From Caldilineaceae bacterium (GTDB lineage Bacteria > Chloroflexota > Anaerolineae > Caldilineales > Caldilineaceae), in the NCBI GenBank assembly GCA_965228585.1, contig CBDDHX010000005.1, positions 334,965-398,964 on the forward strand: a DNA stretch of 64,000 nt. The letters are read 5' to 3'. Below the pieces are notes generated by a model that searched no databases, was not told the origin of the DNA, and was given only the letters and a program-made list of their open reading frames with translations. Positions within the stretch are counted from its first letter, which is position 1, and each line of letters opens with the position of its first letter. This document shows, in pieces, positions 37,568 to 47,321 of the stretch. A program made the position numbers and the translations under genes.

Positions 37568-39559
37568 TTACAGATAATCCGGTCTCGTTGCATACGTTGG
37601 GTCGATATCAGCGGCCCGCATACAACGGTTCAATCGCCCATTGCCGCCATCGTGCAGCGGCATCTCTGTGGTGCTACATGTTTCCACAGCGAAACGGCAG
37701 CGTGGATGGAAATGACACCCCCGTGGCCAAGCGTGAGGCGGTGGCACCATCCCCTCAATCATTGGCAATCTTGCGGTCAGTTGGTCGTGAATGTGTGGCG
37801 TGGTTGCCAGCAACGCAGCCGAGTATGGATGTTGGGGGCTGGCAAATAGCACGTGGCTCTGCGCCACCTCCACAATCTGCCCGGCATACATGACTGCAAC
37901 GCGATCACACAGCCGCGCCACTGCACCAAAATCATGGGTAATAAAGAGAATCGCCATGCCAAGCGTCTCACGCAGCTCGGCCAGCAGATCTAGCATCTGC
38001 CCTTGTACGGTCACATCGAGCGCACTTGTCGGCTCGTCGGCAATCAACAGCTTTGGGTCGCAAGCCAATGCCCGCGCCATGACCACTCGCTGTGCCATAC
38101 CACCGGAGAGTTGGTGCGGGTAAGCGTCGCTGCGCCGTTGCGGATCGGGGACTCGCATTAACGCCAGCAATTCTACCGCCCGTTCTCGCGCTGCCCGCCG
38201 GTTGAGCCCAAGATGTAGCTGGAGTGGCTCGCTGATCTGCTCCCCCACAGTCAGCGCCGGATTGAGCGCCGACATTGGATCCTGAAAGATCATCGCGATC
38301 TCGCGGCCACGTAGCTGCTGCCATCGCTCTTCTGGCTGATCGGTAACATCTTTGCCATTAAAACGGATGGTGCCGGATTGAATGCGTCCCGGAGAGGGTA
38401 GCAACCCCATTGTGCTCAATGCGGTCATGCTCTTGCCAGAACCAGATTCCCCCACCAATCCCAGAATCTCGCCCGGCTGAATGGCCAACGTGAGATCCTG
38501 CAGCAACATCAAGTCCTCATGCCCTGGGCCGGGAAAAGCCACATCGAGCGCGTTGATCTCGAGCAGCGCACCTTGACTGGATTTGGCGGACGTGCTTGGG
38601 TGGCTTGGTGTTGCCTTGGTTTGCGATTGCGCCTTTCGATCCCTGCCCGTGCCTGGCAGAATGGAACGCTTGTTGCCCCCCAACGACTGCTCCAATCCGC
38701 CGCCAAAGAGGTTGAAAGCCAAGACCGTCAAAGAAATGGCCAAACCGGGCGGGAGGGAAAGAAAAGGTTGGTCGCGCAGATAGGGTCGTGCGTCGGCTAA
38801 CATGCGTCCCCAACTCGGTTCCCCCACTGGCAACCCCAACCCCACAAAGCTGAGTACGGCTTCAATGAGAATCACTGCCCCAAAGAGAAGCGACGATTGG
38901 GCAATGAGCGACGGCGCAATGTTCGGCAAGATGTGGTGGGAAAGGATGCGTGGGGTCTTCAACCCAACCGCACGTGCTGCCTCCACATACAGCTCTTCCC
39001 GCTCCGCCAACGCCATGCCACGGGTCAAACGGGCGTAGCGTGTGGATAGCACCAGGCCAACCGCAAGCATGGCATTGGTCAACCCTGCGCCGAGAATCGC
39101 AATGATGGCAAAGGCAACAACGAGCGGCGGCAGCGCAAAGAGTACATCCACGATCCACATGATCATCCGCTCCACGCGCCCACCCACGTACCCCGCCAAC
39201 AACCCCGTGGGGATGCCCAGCAGCGCAGCAATGCCCACCCCCTGCAGCGCGGCAAGCATGGAGATGCGAGTGCCAATGATAATGCGGCTCAGCGTATCAC
39301 GGCCCAGGTTGTCGGTCCCCAGCCAGTGGACGCGGTTGGGCCCCATGCTCGCAGCCCGCAGATTCTGTTGCAGCGGATCGTGGGGCACGATCTGTGGGCC
39401 AACGATTGCCAATGCAATCAAGCCGAGGATGAAAATGAGGGCGATCGTCGCGGCGCGATCCCGGCAAAACTGGCGCCAAAAGCTGGCCCGATCCACCTCC
39501 ACTTCCTCTCTGTTGGCAGGTATCTTTTGCTCAATCAGACCGGCTAAATTGTTCACCAT
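37568..39559 (-). CDS. Fused ABC transporter permease (DppC/OppC-like) and ATP-binding (DppD/OppD-like) protein
   Basis: The N-terminal half has 6 TM segments with a BPD-transporter EAA-like loop (VEAARAVGLKTPRILSHHILPNI). The C-terminal half has Walker A GESGSGKSM, signature LSGGMAQR and Walker B LLIADEPTSALD. Confidence 0.85.
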   Translation of the reverse strand: MVNNLAGLIEQKIPANREEVEVDRASFWRQFCRDRAATIALIFILGLIALAIVGPQIVPHDPLQQNLRAASMGPNRVHWLGTDNLGRDTLSRIIIGTRISMLAALQGVGIAALLGIPTGLLAGYVGGRVERMIMWIVDVLFALPPLVVAFAIIAILGAGLTNAMLAVGLVLSTRYARLTRGMALAEREELYVEAARAVGLKTPRILSHHILPNIAPSLIAQSSLLFGAVILIEAVLSFVGLGLPVGEPSWGRMLADARPYLRDQPFLSLPPGLAISLTVLAFNLFGGGLEQSLGGNKRSILPGTGRDRKAQSQTKATPSHPSTSAKSSQGALLEINALDVAFPGPGHEDLMLLQDLTLAIQPGEILGLVGESGSGKSMTALSTMGLLPSPGRIQSGTIRFNGKDVTDQPEERWQQLRGREIAMIFQDPMSALNPALTVGEQISEPLQLHLGLNRRAARERAVELLALMRVPDPQRRSDAYPHQLSGGMAQRVVMARALACDPKLLIADEPTSALDVTVQGQMLDLLAELRETLGMAILFITHDFGAVARLCDRVAVMYAGQIVEVAQSHVLFASPQHPYSAALLATTPHIHDQLTARLPMIEGMVPPPHAWPRGCHFHPRCRFAVETCSTTEMPLHDGGNGRLNRCMRAADIDPTYATRPDYL

Positions 39560-39735
39560 TGCCTCTGCTCTTTTTGGGGCGGTCAGCCTGTTTAGTGGGC
39601 GATCAGCATGAGACGTGCTCTATTGAGGAACGAGGCGTTCCCTATCCCTCTGCCCGCCAAAGCCGCCAGCAACTGCGGAACGCCACCAAAATCTCTCGGT
39701 GTTTGTCGATATTTCTCAGTGCCTGTTGATCGAGC

Positions 39736-40680
39736 TTACACCAACCGGATTTTGGGATTCAGCCAGCCATAGCTGAAATCGACGAGCAGATTGGCCGTGA
39801 CGATGACGACCGCCGTGAGCATTACAACCCCCTGAATCATGGGAATGTCCTGTTGGAGAACGGAATCAACCGTGAGCGCACCGAGCCCCGGCAAGCCGAA
39901 GATCTGCTCAACGACAAAGGCCTGTCCCAGGGTGACGGCAAAGCGGAAACCAATCACCGTGACAACTGGAATCATGGCATTGCGCAGGAGATAGCGACGC
40001 ACGATGCGCCCGCGGGGCAGCCCGGTGGCGCGGGCGGCGAGGACATAGTTGGTCTGCAACACATTGGTGATGGCACTGCGCAGTTGCCGGGCAATGACCG
40101 CGGCCGAGGCGACACCGAGCGCCAAACTGGGCAAGATCATGCGGTATAGCCAGCCCCAGGGTGACTCGCGAAAGCTCACGTATCCGGCAATGGGAAACCA
40201 CCGCAGCTCAAATGCCAGCCAAATGGAAAAGAGAATTGCCAGCCAGAAGGAGGGAATGGCGACACCGATCGATGTGCCAAAGATGGCCAGCCGGTCGATC
40301 CATGTACCAGGACGCAGCCCGGCCAGGGTGCCCACCGTCATTCCCAACAGAACACCAACCAGCATGCCGCCCGCGGTTAGCGCCACGGTCACGGGCAGTC
40401 GCTGTCGGATGCTTGTGGCAACAGCACGCCCCGTCTGATAGGACTCGCCCAAATCTCCCTGCACAGCACCACTGAGCCAGCGCGCATATTGCAGGGGGAG
40501 GGGCTGATCCAACCCCAACAGTTCCTCCAGCGCGGCCATATTTTCCGGGGTCGCTTCTGTGCCCAAGAGCGCGGCCGCCGGGCTGCCAGGGATCAAGTGC
40601 ACCATGAGAAAGACCAGAAACGACACCACGAGCAGCAAGGGAACGGTGGCAAGGAGGCGAGCCAAACAATAATAAGCCAT
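39736..40680 (-). CDS. ABC transporter permease (DppB/OppB-like)
   Basis: 6 TM segments, with YVLAARATGLPRGRIVRRYLLRNAMIPV as the typical conserved loop. Confidence 0.85.
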   Translation of the reverse strand: MAYYCLARLLATVPLLLVVSFLVFLMVHLIPGSPAAALLGTEATPENMAALEELLGLDQPLPLQYARWLSGAVQGDLGESYQTGRAVATSIRQRLPVTVALTAGGMLVGVLLGMTVGTLAGLRPGTWIDRLAIFGTSIGVAIPSFWLAILFSIWLAFELRWFPIAGYVSFRESPWGWLYRMILPSLALGVASAAVIARQLRSAITNVLQTNYVLAARATGLPRGRIVRRYLLRNAMIPVVTVIGFRFAVTLGQAFVVEQIFGLPGLGALTVDSVLQQDIPMIQGVVMLTAVVIVTANLLVDFSYGWLNPKIRLV

Positions 40681-40726
40681 TGATCTGAGTATCCCAGTCT
40701 CTTTCTCTGCTACTTACCTGTAGGCG

Positions 40727-41002
40727 TAACGCCTCTTCACTGGATCAAGCGCGGATGGCAGATCCCGCGGTACATGAGTGCATTGCACAGGTCTCAACAG
40801 CCCAACTCTACCCCACGAGCACCTCACCTGTGCGCTGCACACCCGCCGCGGCTCTACCCATTTACCCCTGCAACGCCTCTTCACTGGATCAGGCGCGGAT
40901 GGCAGATCCCGCGGTACATGGAGTTATCAGCCCTGAAATTCTCTGCGTCGACGTGGCCAGCTGGGAGTGGTTTACGTCCCACAACCGAATTTCAGGATAG
41001 GC
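40727..41002. repeat. Mosaic of repeats filling the SBP-permease spacer: a 53 bp direct repeat x2, a family D fragment and a family B element
   Basis: The 53 bp repeat aacgcctcttcactggatca.gcgcggatggcagatcccgcggtacatg occurs at 40727..40779 and 40871..40923. The family D fragment lies at 40781..40812 and the family B copy at 40929..41002. Confidence 0.8.
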
Positions 41003-41015
41003 CATAATATCAAGC

Positions 41016-42584
41016 CTACCTGTCGCCCAAGGTCACGCCACGCATCTGATAGGTCGCGGGCATGAAATAGCGACCCTGTTCGACCCCATTTACATAACTT
41101 TGCACCGCGACAGATTGGTTGAAGACGCCAATGTGAAGTATGTACCCACGCGCATAGAATTTGCACAAGATCTCTGCCCAGAGCGCTTCTGCTTCCTCAC
41201 CGCTGGCCGACTGCGCAAGCGTCCTCAATTCGGCAATATCCTCATCGACCACTTTCTGAGGATTTAGGAATCCGTCTGCGACGCGATTGTTGATAAAGGT
41301 AACTGGATGCACCTCGTTGATGGGGACAATCCCCGCCACCCAATTCCCGCTGGCTGGCTCCGCGAAAATCCCCGTCGGTGGGATCGATTCGATCTTCATC
41401 GTGACGCCGACTTCGGCCAGGAAGCCAGCCAGCGCTTCATCATAGGATCTGAATCCAGGTGAAGAAGGCACCGTGAATTCCAACTGCTCGACACCAGCTT
41501 CAGCCAGCAAGGCGCGCGCTTTTGCCGGATCATAGGGCAATCCGGCAAACGTTTCACAGTGTCCCACCTGACCCGGGAAATAGCGCTGGTCGTTGGCCGT
41601 GCCATAATCTATTGTCTGGAACAGCACCTCGTTGTCGATGGCATGGCCCAACGCCTGTCGCACCCGTTCATCGGCAAATGCTGGAATCACTTCGCCACCA
41701 CGGTCAAAGATATGGAGCCCCAAGTGAGCAGATTCGCCAGATAGCAAACGAATACCCTCTGCTTCCAGGCTGGCAGTGCCTGCCCGTCCCTGAATCGCAA
41801 CCGAATCATACTCGCCGGCCAGCAGTGCATTGATGCGGGTGGTCTGCTCTGGGATCAAGTCGATCTCGATGCGGTCAACGCCCTGTTGCGACGGATCCCA
41901 GAAATTCTCGAAACGGTCATAGACATATTTGGCATCGGGCAATGTCGCCTCTGCATTGTACTGCCAGGGCCCGGTTCCCACTGGCACTTGTGCTGCCGTT
42001 TCAAATGCGTTGGGGCTGATCATCAACCCGGCAAAGCGCGCCAGATAGCCCAGGAGCGCCGGATCCGGCTCGGTGAGGTTGAAGCGCACGTGGGTGGGGT
42101 CGATCACCTCCACCGTAGCGATGGCGCGCAGAAAGTTGGCTGTTGGTGGATAGATCCCGGACTGGACGCGCTCAATGTTGGCTTTCACAACAGCGGCATC
42201 AAAGGGCGTTCCATCATGAAAGAGCACCCCTTCACGCAGGGTAAAGTCGAGCACAGTGCCTGTATCCACCCACTCAGTTGCCAGCGCGGGCACAATCGTG
42301 CCATCAGCCTCTTCAGTGACCAATCCATCATAGACCAATTGGAAATGGAGCATCTGAATATTGCCCTGATTCCGATGGGGATCCAGGTTGCCAATGGGCC
42401 AACTGTGCGCGTGGCGTAGGGTGGTAGCGGTGCTCTCTGTCGCGGGCTGTGCCGCCGTTGCAGCGGTTGCCGAAGCACTATCTTCGGCCTGACGACTATC
42501 GATGGCGGGGGCGGCGCAAGCCACGGCAAAGACCATCAATAGCAAGAGCAGGCACCTTTGCCCCAGCCAAAAATAAGTTTTCAT
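41016..42584 (-). CDS. ABC transporter substrate-binding lipoprotein, family 5
   Basis: Lipobox LLLMVFAVACAAP, with LATEWVDTGTVLDFTLREGVLFHDGTPFDAAVV typical of SBP_bac_5. A GGGGAG RBS lies upstream. Confidence 0.85.
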   Translation of the reverse strand: MKTYFWLGQRCLLLLLMVFAVACAAPAIDSRQAEDSASATAATAAQPATESTATTLRHAHSWPIGNLDPHRNQGNIQMLHFQLVYDGLVTEEADGTIVPALATEWVDTGTVLDFTLREGVLFHDGTPFDAAVVKANIERVQSGIYPPTANFLRAIATVEVIDPTHVRFNLTEPDPALLGYLARFAGLMISPNAFETAAQVPVGTGPWQYNAEATLPDAKYVYDRFENFWDPSQQGVDRIEIDLIPEQTTRINALLAGEYDSVAIQGRAGTASLEAEGIRLLSGESAHLGLHIFDRGGEVIPAFADERVRQALGHAIDNEVLFQTIDYGTANDQRYFPGQVGHCETFAGLPYDPAKARALLAEAGVEQLEFTVPSSPGFRSYDEALAGFLAEVGVTMKIESIPPTGIFAEPASGNWVAGIVPINEVHPVTFINNRVADGFLNPQKVVDEDIAELRTLAQSASGEEAEALWAEILCKFYARGYILHIGVFNQSVAVQSYVNGVEQGRYFMPATYQMRGVTLGDR

Positions 42585-42686
42585 GTCACTCCCCTTTTTT
42601 TCTCTTTTTTTCTCTATCGTTTACACCTGTCAGGTGCACTCGGTTAAACCACACTGGCAACAGTAATCTTCGCTGAGACCATCGAG

Positions 42687-45572
42687 CTATTTTTTCGGCA
42701 GTGCCACTGGAGCAACTTCCTCTTGGACACCCAACTGTCGAGCCATCCAGTCGCCCGCGACCGGCATGACTTCGCGCGCGCGGCTAAAGCAGCAATGTTC
42801 AACATCGTCCAACAGCCACAGTTCCGTTGCGCCCTGTGCCCACGCCTGAATCCGTTCAATCTGTGCCACGGGCACAATGTGATCCAGCGTGCCGTGGATG
42901 AGAAAGAGTGGCTGCGTGATGGCCCGTGGCACGGTTGCAAGGTTGATTGGCCCCTGCGGATCCATCAACTGTTCCGGCGCATCAAAACCAAAGAGACGGG
43001 CGGTGACGAGTTGATTGCGGGGCGCCAAGTTGCGCGTGGTGCTGCCATCAAATGGGCCGCTCAGGCTGATACAAGCGGTGACGCGTTGCTCCATGGCCGC
43101 GGCGCGCAGCGCCATGTAGCCGCCCAAGCTCACCCCAAAAAGACCGATCCGGGTGGCGTCAACTTCCGCAACTTGGCACACCAGATAGTCAATGGCCGCG
43201 CCGACCACGCTTTCAAAGTCACCGTGCATGAGGGCGCTATCGACAAGCTCACCTTGGCCCGGGCCATCAAATGCAAGGACCGAGATGCCGCGTTCCAAAA
43301 AGTATTCGCCCCACTGATGCAGCTCCGCCTCTTTGGAAAATTCAAAGCCGCCCAGCAGGATAATACAAGGCGCGCCCGGCTGGGCGACCCGCAGATAGCC
43401 GGGCAGCTTCATCCCCCGATAGGGAATGGCGACCCGTTGGCAGCGCGGTCTACTGAGCGTGGCCAACTGCCGATAGGCGTGCCAACATTTTTCCTGGTAA
43501 TGCTTGCGTTGCTCCACATCAATGAACATCTGGACAAAGTGATAGTAGTTCACCACCATCTGCCACCACTGGCAGGCAGATTGAGTTCGATGCGCAGCCG
43601 CAGCTGACTGGGCGGCACGCTCATACCGTTCGGCAAATTTCACCAGTTCGGCACTCCAAGAGGCTGGATCGTGGGCATTTTGGTTCGCCTCTTGCAGATC
43701 GTAATGGCTGATCCCAAAGGCGGCTGCGCGTAGGTGGAGCAGCGACACATTGGCACGCAGATGCTGCACTGAATAGCCAATGTTCTGATCGGATTTGCGA
43801 CTTGCTGCTTTTGCCGCACGGCTTTGTGGGGCGCGTTGATCATAGATCCATTCGGCCAGCGCACGGATGCTTTGCAGCGCCTCTAGCTCGAGCTCCTCGT
43901 CATAAAATTCGAGCTGGAAACGCTCTTTGATCAAGGCTGTGAGCCGGACCAACGCAATCGAATCCAGATTCAGCCCTGTGTTGAGCAGCGCCATCTCTGG
44001 TTCAATTTCGGCTGGTGCCATCTGGATCTCCAGCATATCGACCAAAAGATGGGTTAGACCATCGATGATGTCATCGACAGAAGTGATCGACTTTGCTGCC
44101 CGCGGGCTGACAGGCTCCTCAACAGAAAGTTGGGCCTGTTGAATCAGCGCCTGTTGATCCACCTTGCCGCTGTGGAGCAGGGGCAGCGACGCCATGACGC
44201 GCACTTCATCGGGAACAGCATAACGGGGCAGCTTGTCGAAGCAACGACGGCGCACCTGCTGACTGTTGAGGGCAACACCTGGCTCTGGAATACAGAAGGC
44301 AAACAGCGCTTGACCCCGTTCCGTCTCTTGGCCAGAGGCCACCACGACTGCCTGGGCAATCTCCTCGAACTCTTCCATGATCCGCTCAATATCGGAGAAC
44401 ATGACCAAATAGCCGTTGCGGTTGGTGCTATTTTTAGCACGCCCCACCAGCCGAATGCTCCCTGTATCTGTCACTGTGGCCAGATCGCCGGTGTCAAACC
44501 ACGCACCTTCTCTATTCTGTTGCAGCCAAGTGCCGGTTTCATCCACGTAGCCCACAAAGCTAACCGTATTCTGACATTGCAGTTCCCCAACACCCGTTGC
44601 GGGGTCCGGCTGCTGGATCTGCAGGTTGGCCGTTTGCAGCGGTTGACCAATGGTCGTGAGCTTGCTCTCGAGTGGATCGTGGGGAGCGCAGCCCGCCACG
44701 GTCCCCAATTCCGAACTGCCATATATGTTGATGAGGGTGCCACCAATCTGCTCATCAAAGCGGCGGAACAGGTCATCACTGATCCGCTGTGCGGACGTGA
44801 CCACCACCTTGTATGCGCGCGGCGTCGAGAAACCAGGCAGCAGCTGGTCGCAGATTGTCGGTGTCAGGAAGGCCACGTTGGGCTTGAATATTTTTTCGCG
44901 GGCAAAGTATTGCAGATGATTGCTGTTGCTTTGCAGATCGATCGACGCGCCCGCGGCAAACGCAGGCAGAAATGCACCGGCCAACCCGTAAATGTGGGCC
45001 AGCGGGATCGGGATCGCGACTCGGTCGCTGGCCTCGAGCGCGTATTTTTTGACGCAATTGTGCGCGTTGCCGATAAAGTTGTCGTGGCTGTGAACGACAA
45101 TTTTGGCGTTGCCCATGCTGCCGGACGTCCGCAGGTAGATGCACCGTGGTCCATGATCTGTTCCCGCGGGCAAGGGCTGGAACGCTTCATTCGCCTCAAC
45201 GGTCAGCAAGCGTACGGGATACTGTGCCCCATTAGCATCTGCATCAGCGCTGCCCGCATCGATCCGCACGCGGTAGCGGCAAAATTGGGGCACCGGTGTG
45301 AGCGCTGCCTGATTTTGCGCTACCGGGGGCAGCAGGAAAAAGCTGATGCCTCGCTCCATGAGCGCGAAGATCGTCAACGCGGCGGGGATCGCGTTGGGAC
45401 ACTCCAGCGCAAGGCAGTCGGTTGCCTTGACACCCTGGGCCAGCAGGTGGTCGCCAACCGCGGCCACCAACGACGTCAGTTCGGCATGGGATACGGTGAA
45501 CTGACCGTCGGTAATCAGACTGCTTCGGGCCGTCTCTGCCGAGGCGACCCGGTCTAGAAGTTGAGCAAACAT
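42687..45572 (-). CDS. Tri-domain enzyme: acyl/aryl-AMP ligase (adenylation), carrier protein (phosphopantetheine site), alpha/beta-hydrolase
   Basis: AMP-binding core LRTSGSMGNAKIVVHSH with later GDLATV...GRAKN. The carrier motif is GLNLDSIALVRLTALIKERF. The hydrolase nucleophile elbow is GLFGVSLGGYMA, with HGTLDHIVP near the C-terminus. Confidence 0.8.
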   Translation of the reverse strand: MFAQLLDRVASAETARSSLITDGQFTVSHAELTSLVAAVGDHLLAQGVKATDCLALECPNAIPAALTIFALMERGISFFLLPPVAQNQAALTPVPQFCRYRVRIDAGSADADANGAQYPVRLLTVEANEAFQPLPAGTDHGPRCIYLRTSGSMGNAKIVVHSHDNFIGNAHNCVKKYALEASDRVAIPIPLAHIYGLAGAFLPAFAAGASIDLQSNSNHLQYFAREKIFKPNVAFLTPTICDQLLPGFSTPRAYKVVVTSAQRISDDLFRRFDEQIGGTLINIYGSSELGTVAGCAPHDPLESKLTTIGQPLQTANLQIQQPDPATGVGELQCQNTVSFVGYVDETGTWLQQNREGAWFDTGDLATVTDTGSIRLVGRAKNSTNRNGYLVMFSDIERIMEEFEEIAQAVVVASGQETERGQALFAFCIPEPGVALNSQQVRRRCFDKLPRYAVPDEVRVMASLPLLHSGKVDQQALIQQAQLSVEEPVSPRAAKSITSVDDIIDGLTHLLVDMLEIQMAPAEIEPEMALLNTGLNLDSIALVRLTALIKERFQLEFYDEELELEALQSIRALAEWIYDQRAPQSRAAKAASRKSDQNIGYSVQHLRANVSLLHLRAAAFGISHYDLQEANQNAHDPASWSAELVKFAERYERAAQSAAAAHRTQSACQWWQMVVNYYHFVQMFIDVEQRKHYQEKCWHAYRQLATLSRPRCQRVAIPYRGMKLPGYLRVAQPGAPCIILLGGFEFSKEAELHQWGEYFLERGISVLAFDGPGQGELVDSALMHGDFESVVGAAIDYLVCQVAEVDATRIGLFGVSLGGYMALRAAAMEQRVTACISLSGPFDGSTTRNLAPRNQLVTARLFGFDAPEQLMDPQGPINLATVPRAITQPLFLIHGTLDHIVPVAQIERIQAWAQGATELWLLDDVEHCCFSRAREVMPVAGDWMARQLGVQEEVAPVALPKK

Positions 45573-45593
45573 TGCGTGTGCCTTTTCTGCGTC

Positions 45594-47222
45594 TTAGCGA
45601 CCACCGTACAAGCTAGCCAAGCGATCCGAGCCATAGGTCTGCCAGCTGTGGGTTGGGTTTTCCTCGTCTTCCCGATCCATGCGGATCTCCCAGACCACTT
45701 CCGGCGGATTGGTGTGGGCGACTTCGCGAATGCGAGTCTGAAAGATCAAATCATTCATGGTCATCCAATTCATCTCATCGGTGATTTGGTTGCGGGGGTA
45801 GCAGAAGCCATAGGTTACCAGCACATTCTCGGTTTCGGGCAGCCAATCGGTGTCACCCATCGCGTAGGTGACCATGGCGTCGCCCTCGACTGTATCCGAT
45901 TCCCAGAGTTCGCGAATGGTCATCTTGTCGGTATCTATCGCATATTCGACGGCTCGGCTATAGGATTGATTGGGCGGAAATGGGGGCGCAAAGGGGCGTG
46001 CGCGATAGTTGCCATTATCAAAAAGCATAATCGTGCCCCGCGGTGTAACCGAGGGCGCATGGGTGTGATAGGGCCAACGCATGTCCTGCTCCGGTTGAAA
46101 GAGCTTCTGCTGTAGCTCTTCCGACCAGTCGGTTGGCTCACCCAGGATCCACTTGATTTCACCTGTTTTGCGGTCGATCTTAAAGAGGGCATCCTGGTGG
46201 CGCAGCGAGATGATCAACGAATCATCAGATTCATCCAGCCACAGCCCATTGCCGTGGGTCCAATCGACGAAATCTTCGAAACCGTGCATGAGCCAGTAGA
46301 TGTAAAGTGCCTCGTAGCCCAGGCGATAAGGATCCAGCCAGTCAAAGGCTTTCCAGCGCCAGACAATGGTGCCGTCCCGTTCGAATTCAATAATTTCATC
46401 GCCCATGATCTTCTTGCGCTTGCGCGGCGCGTTGGGATCTTTTTCACTGGACCAATAGTCATCGATGACTTTGGAGACGGTGGAGAAGGCAATGATATTA
46501 CCATTGGGCAGTTCATCAATGAAGTGATGGAAGGAGAGGGTGTCAATGTCGATCACATGGTCGGCGCGGGCCGGGAATGGGCTGCCTGCCGAACGCCACG
46601 CGGCCACCTCATTGCCCAGCAGATCGATCTCGATAATGTGGTGATCCAGGGTCAGGTACATAATGTTGCCATTGCGTAGCTGGGCAAAATCACTAAAGCA
46701 GATGTCCATCTTGTGATACCAGACAACCTCGCCTTCACTATCAAGCGCCACCAAGAGACCGAAAAAGAGCAGGAAATTCCTTTCCGCTTTGGTCAGCTCG
46801 GTCAACTGCCCAAAGCGGCGGCGGCGGATGCTCGTCAGTGTAATGCCCGGCTCCATCCTGTCCGGTTGGCTAACCGTGCAGCGCAGCGGTGGGAATTCCA
46901 GCTCATCTGTCGGGAGCGGCGGCGTGGTGTAGGTGAGCGTTTCGGGGGCCTGCACCACATTGCCATCCGCGTCTTGAATGGAGACCGTGAGTTTGTGGGT
47001 GCGGTCGGGGCGCATGCCGACAATGGGCAGCCCCTCGCTTGGGTTCTGGTCAAAGGTGATGCTCCACTGTCGGTCGCCATCGACAAGCTCGATGGTGGTC
47101 TGCACAGCGCGGTTGGCAGAAAAGTGGAGCACAGCCGCAAGTGGCACGGTGGGATTGGGATTTTGGAAGACCGCGGGCGATTCGGTGAATGCCAGCGTCT
47201 CTTCTTGCGTGGTTGTGAACAT
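45594..47222 (-). CDS. Arylsulfotransferase (ASST, PAPS-independent aryl-sulfate sulfotransferase) family protein, without an obvious signal peptide
   Basis: The N-domain pattern is FQNPNPTVPLAAVLHFSANRAVQTTIELV...GLPIVGMRPDRTHKLTV. Propeller motifs are DWTHGNGLWLDESDDSLIISLRHQDALFKIDRKTGEIKWILGEP. Confidence 0.7.
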   Translation of the reverse strand: MFTTTQEETLAFTESPAVFQNPNPTVPLAAVLHFSANRAVQTTIELVDGDRQWSITFDQNPSEGLPIVGMRPDRTHKLTVSIQDADGNVVQAPETLTYTTPPLPTDELEFPPLRCTVSQPDRMEPGITLTSIRRRRFGQLTELTKAERNFLLFFGLLVALDSEGEVVWYHKMDICFSDFAQLRNGNIMYLTLDHHIIEIDLLGNEVAAWRSAGSPFPARADHVIDIDTLSFHHFIDELPNGNIIAFSTVSKVIDDYWSSEKDPNAPRKRKKIMGDEIIEFERDGTIVWRWKAFDWLDPYRLGYEALYIYWLMHGFEDFVDWTHGNGLWLDESDDSLIISLRHQDALFKIDRKTGEIKWILGEPTDWSEELQQKLFQPEQDMRWPYHTHAPSVTPRGTIMLFDNGNYRARPFAPPFPPNQSYSRAVEYAIDTDKMTIRELWESDTVEGDAMVTYAMGDTDWLPETENVLVTYGFCYPRNQITDEMNWMTMNDLIFQTRIREVAHTNPPEVVWEIRMDREDEENPTHSWQTYGSDRLASLYGGR

Positions 47223-47321
47223 GGTCCTTCTCCTGGAACTTTTTCAACGGAGTCATGAGGATTACACAGCGTTTGCTCTGCATGATCCTCTACCCCCTGT
47301 TTACTTTTGGCGTAGCAACAA

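Noticed and set aside
42585-42686. The hairpin cacctgtcaggtg after the tri-domain gene as a terminator.
   Set aside because: The palindrome leaves a loop too small to form a full stem, and on the transcribed (minus) strand it is followed by an A-rich tract, not a U-rich one.
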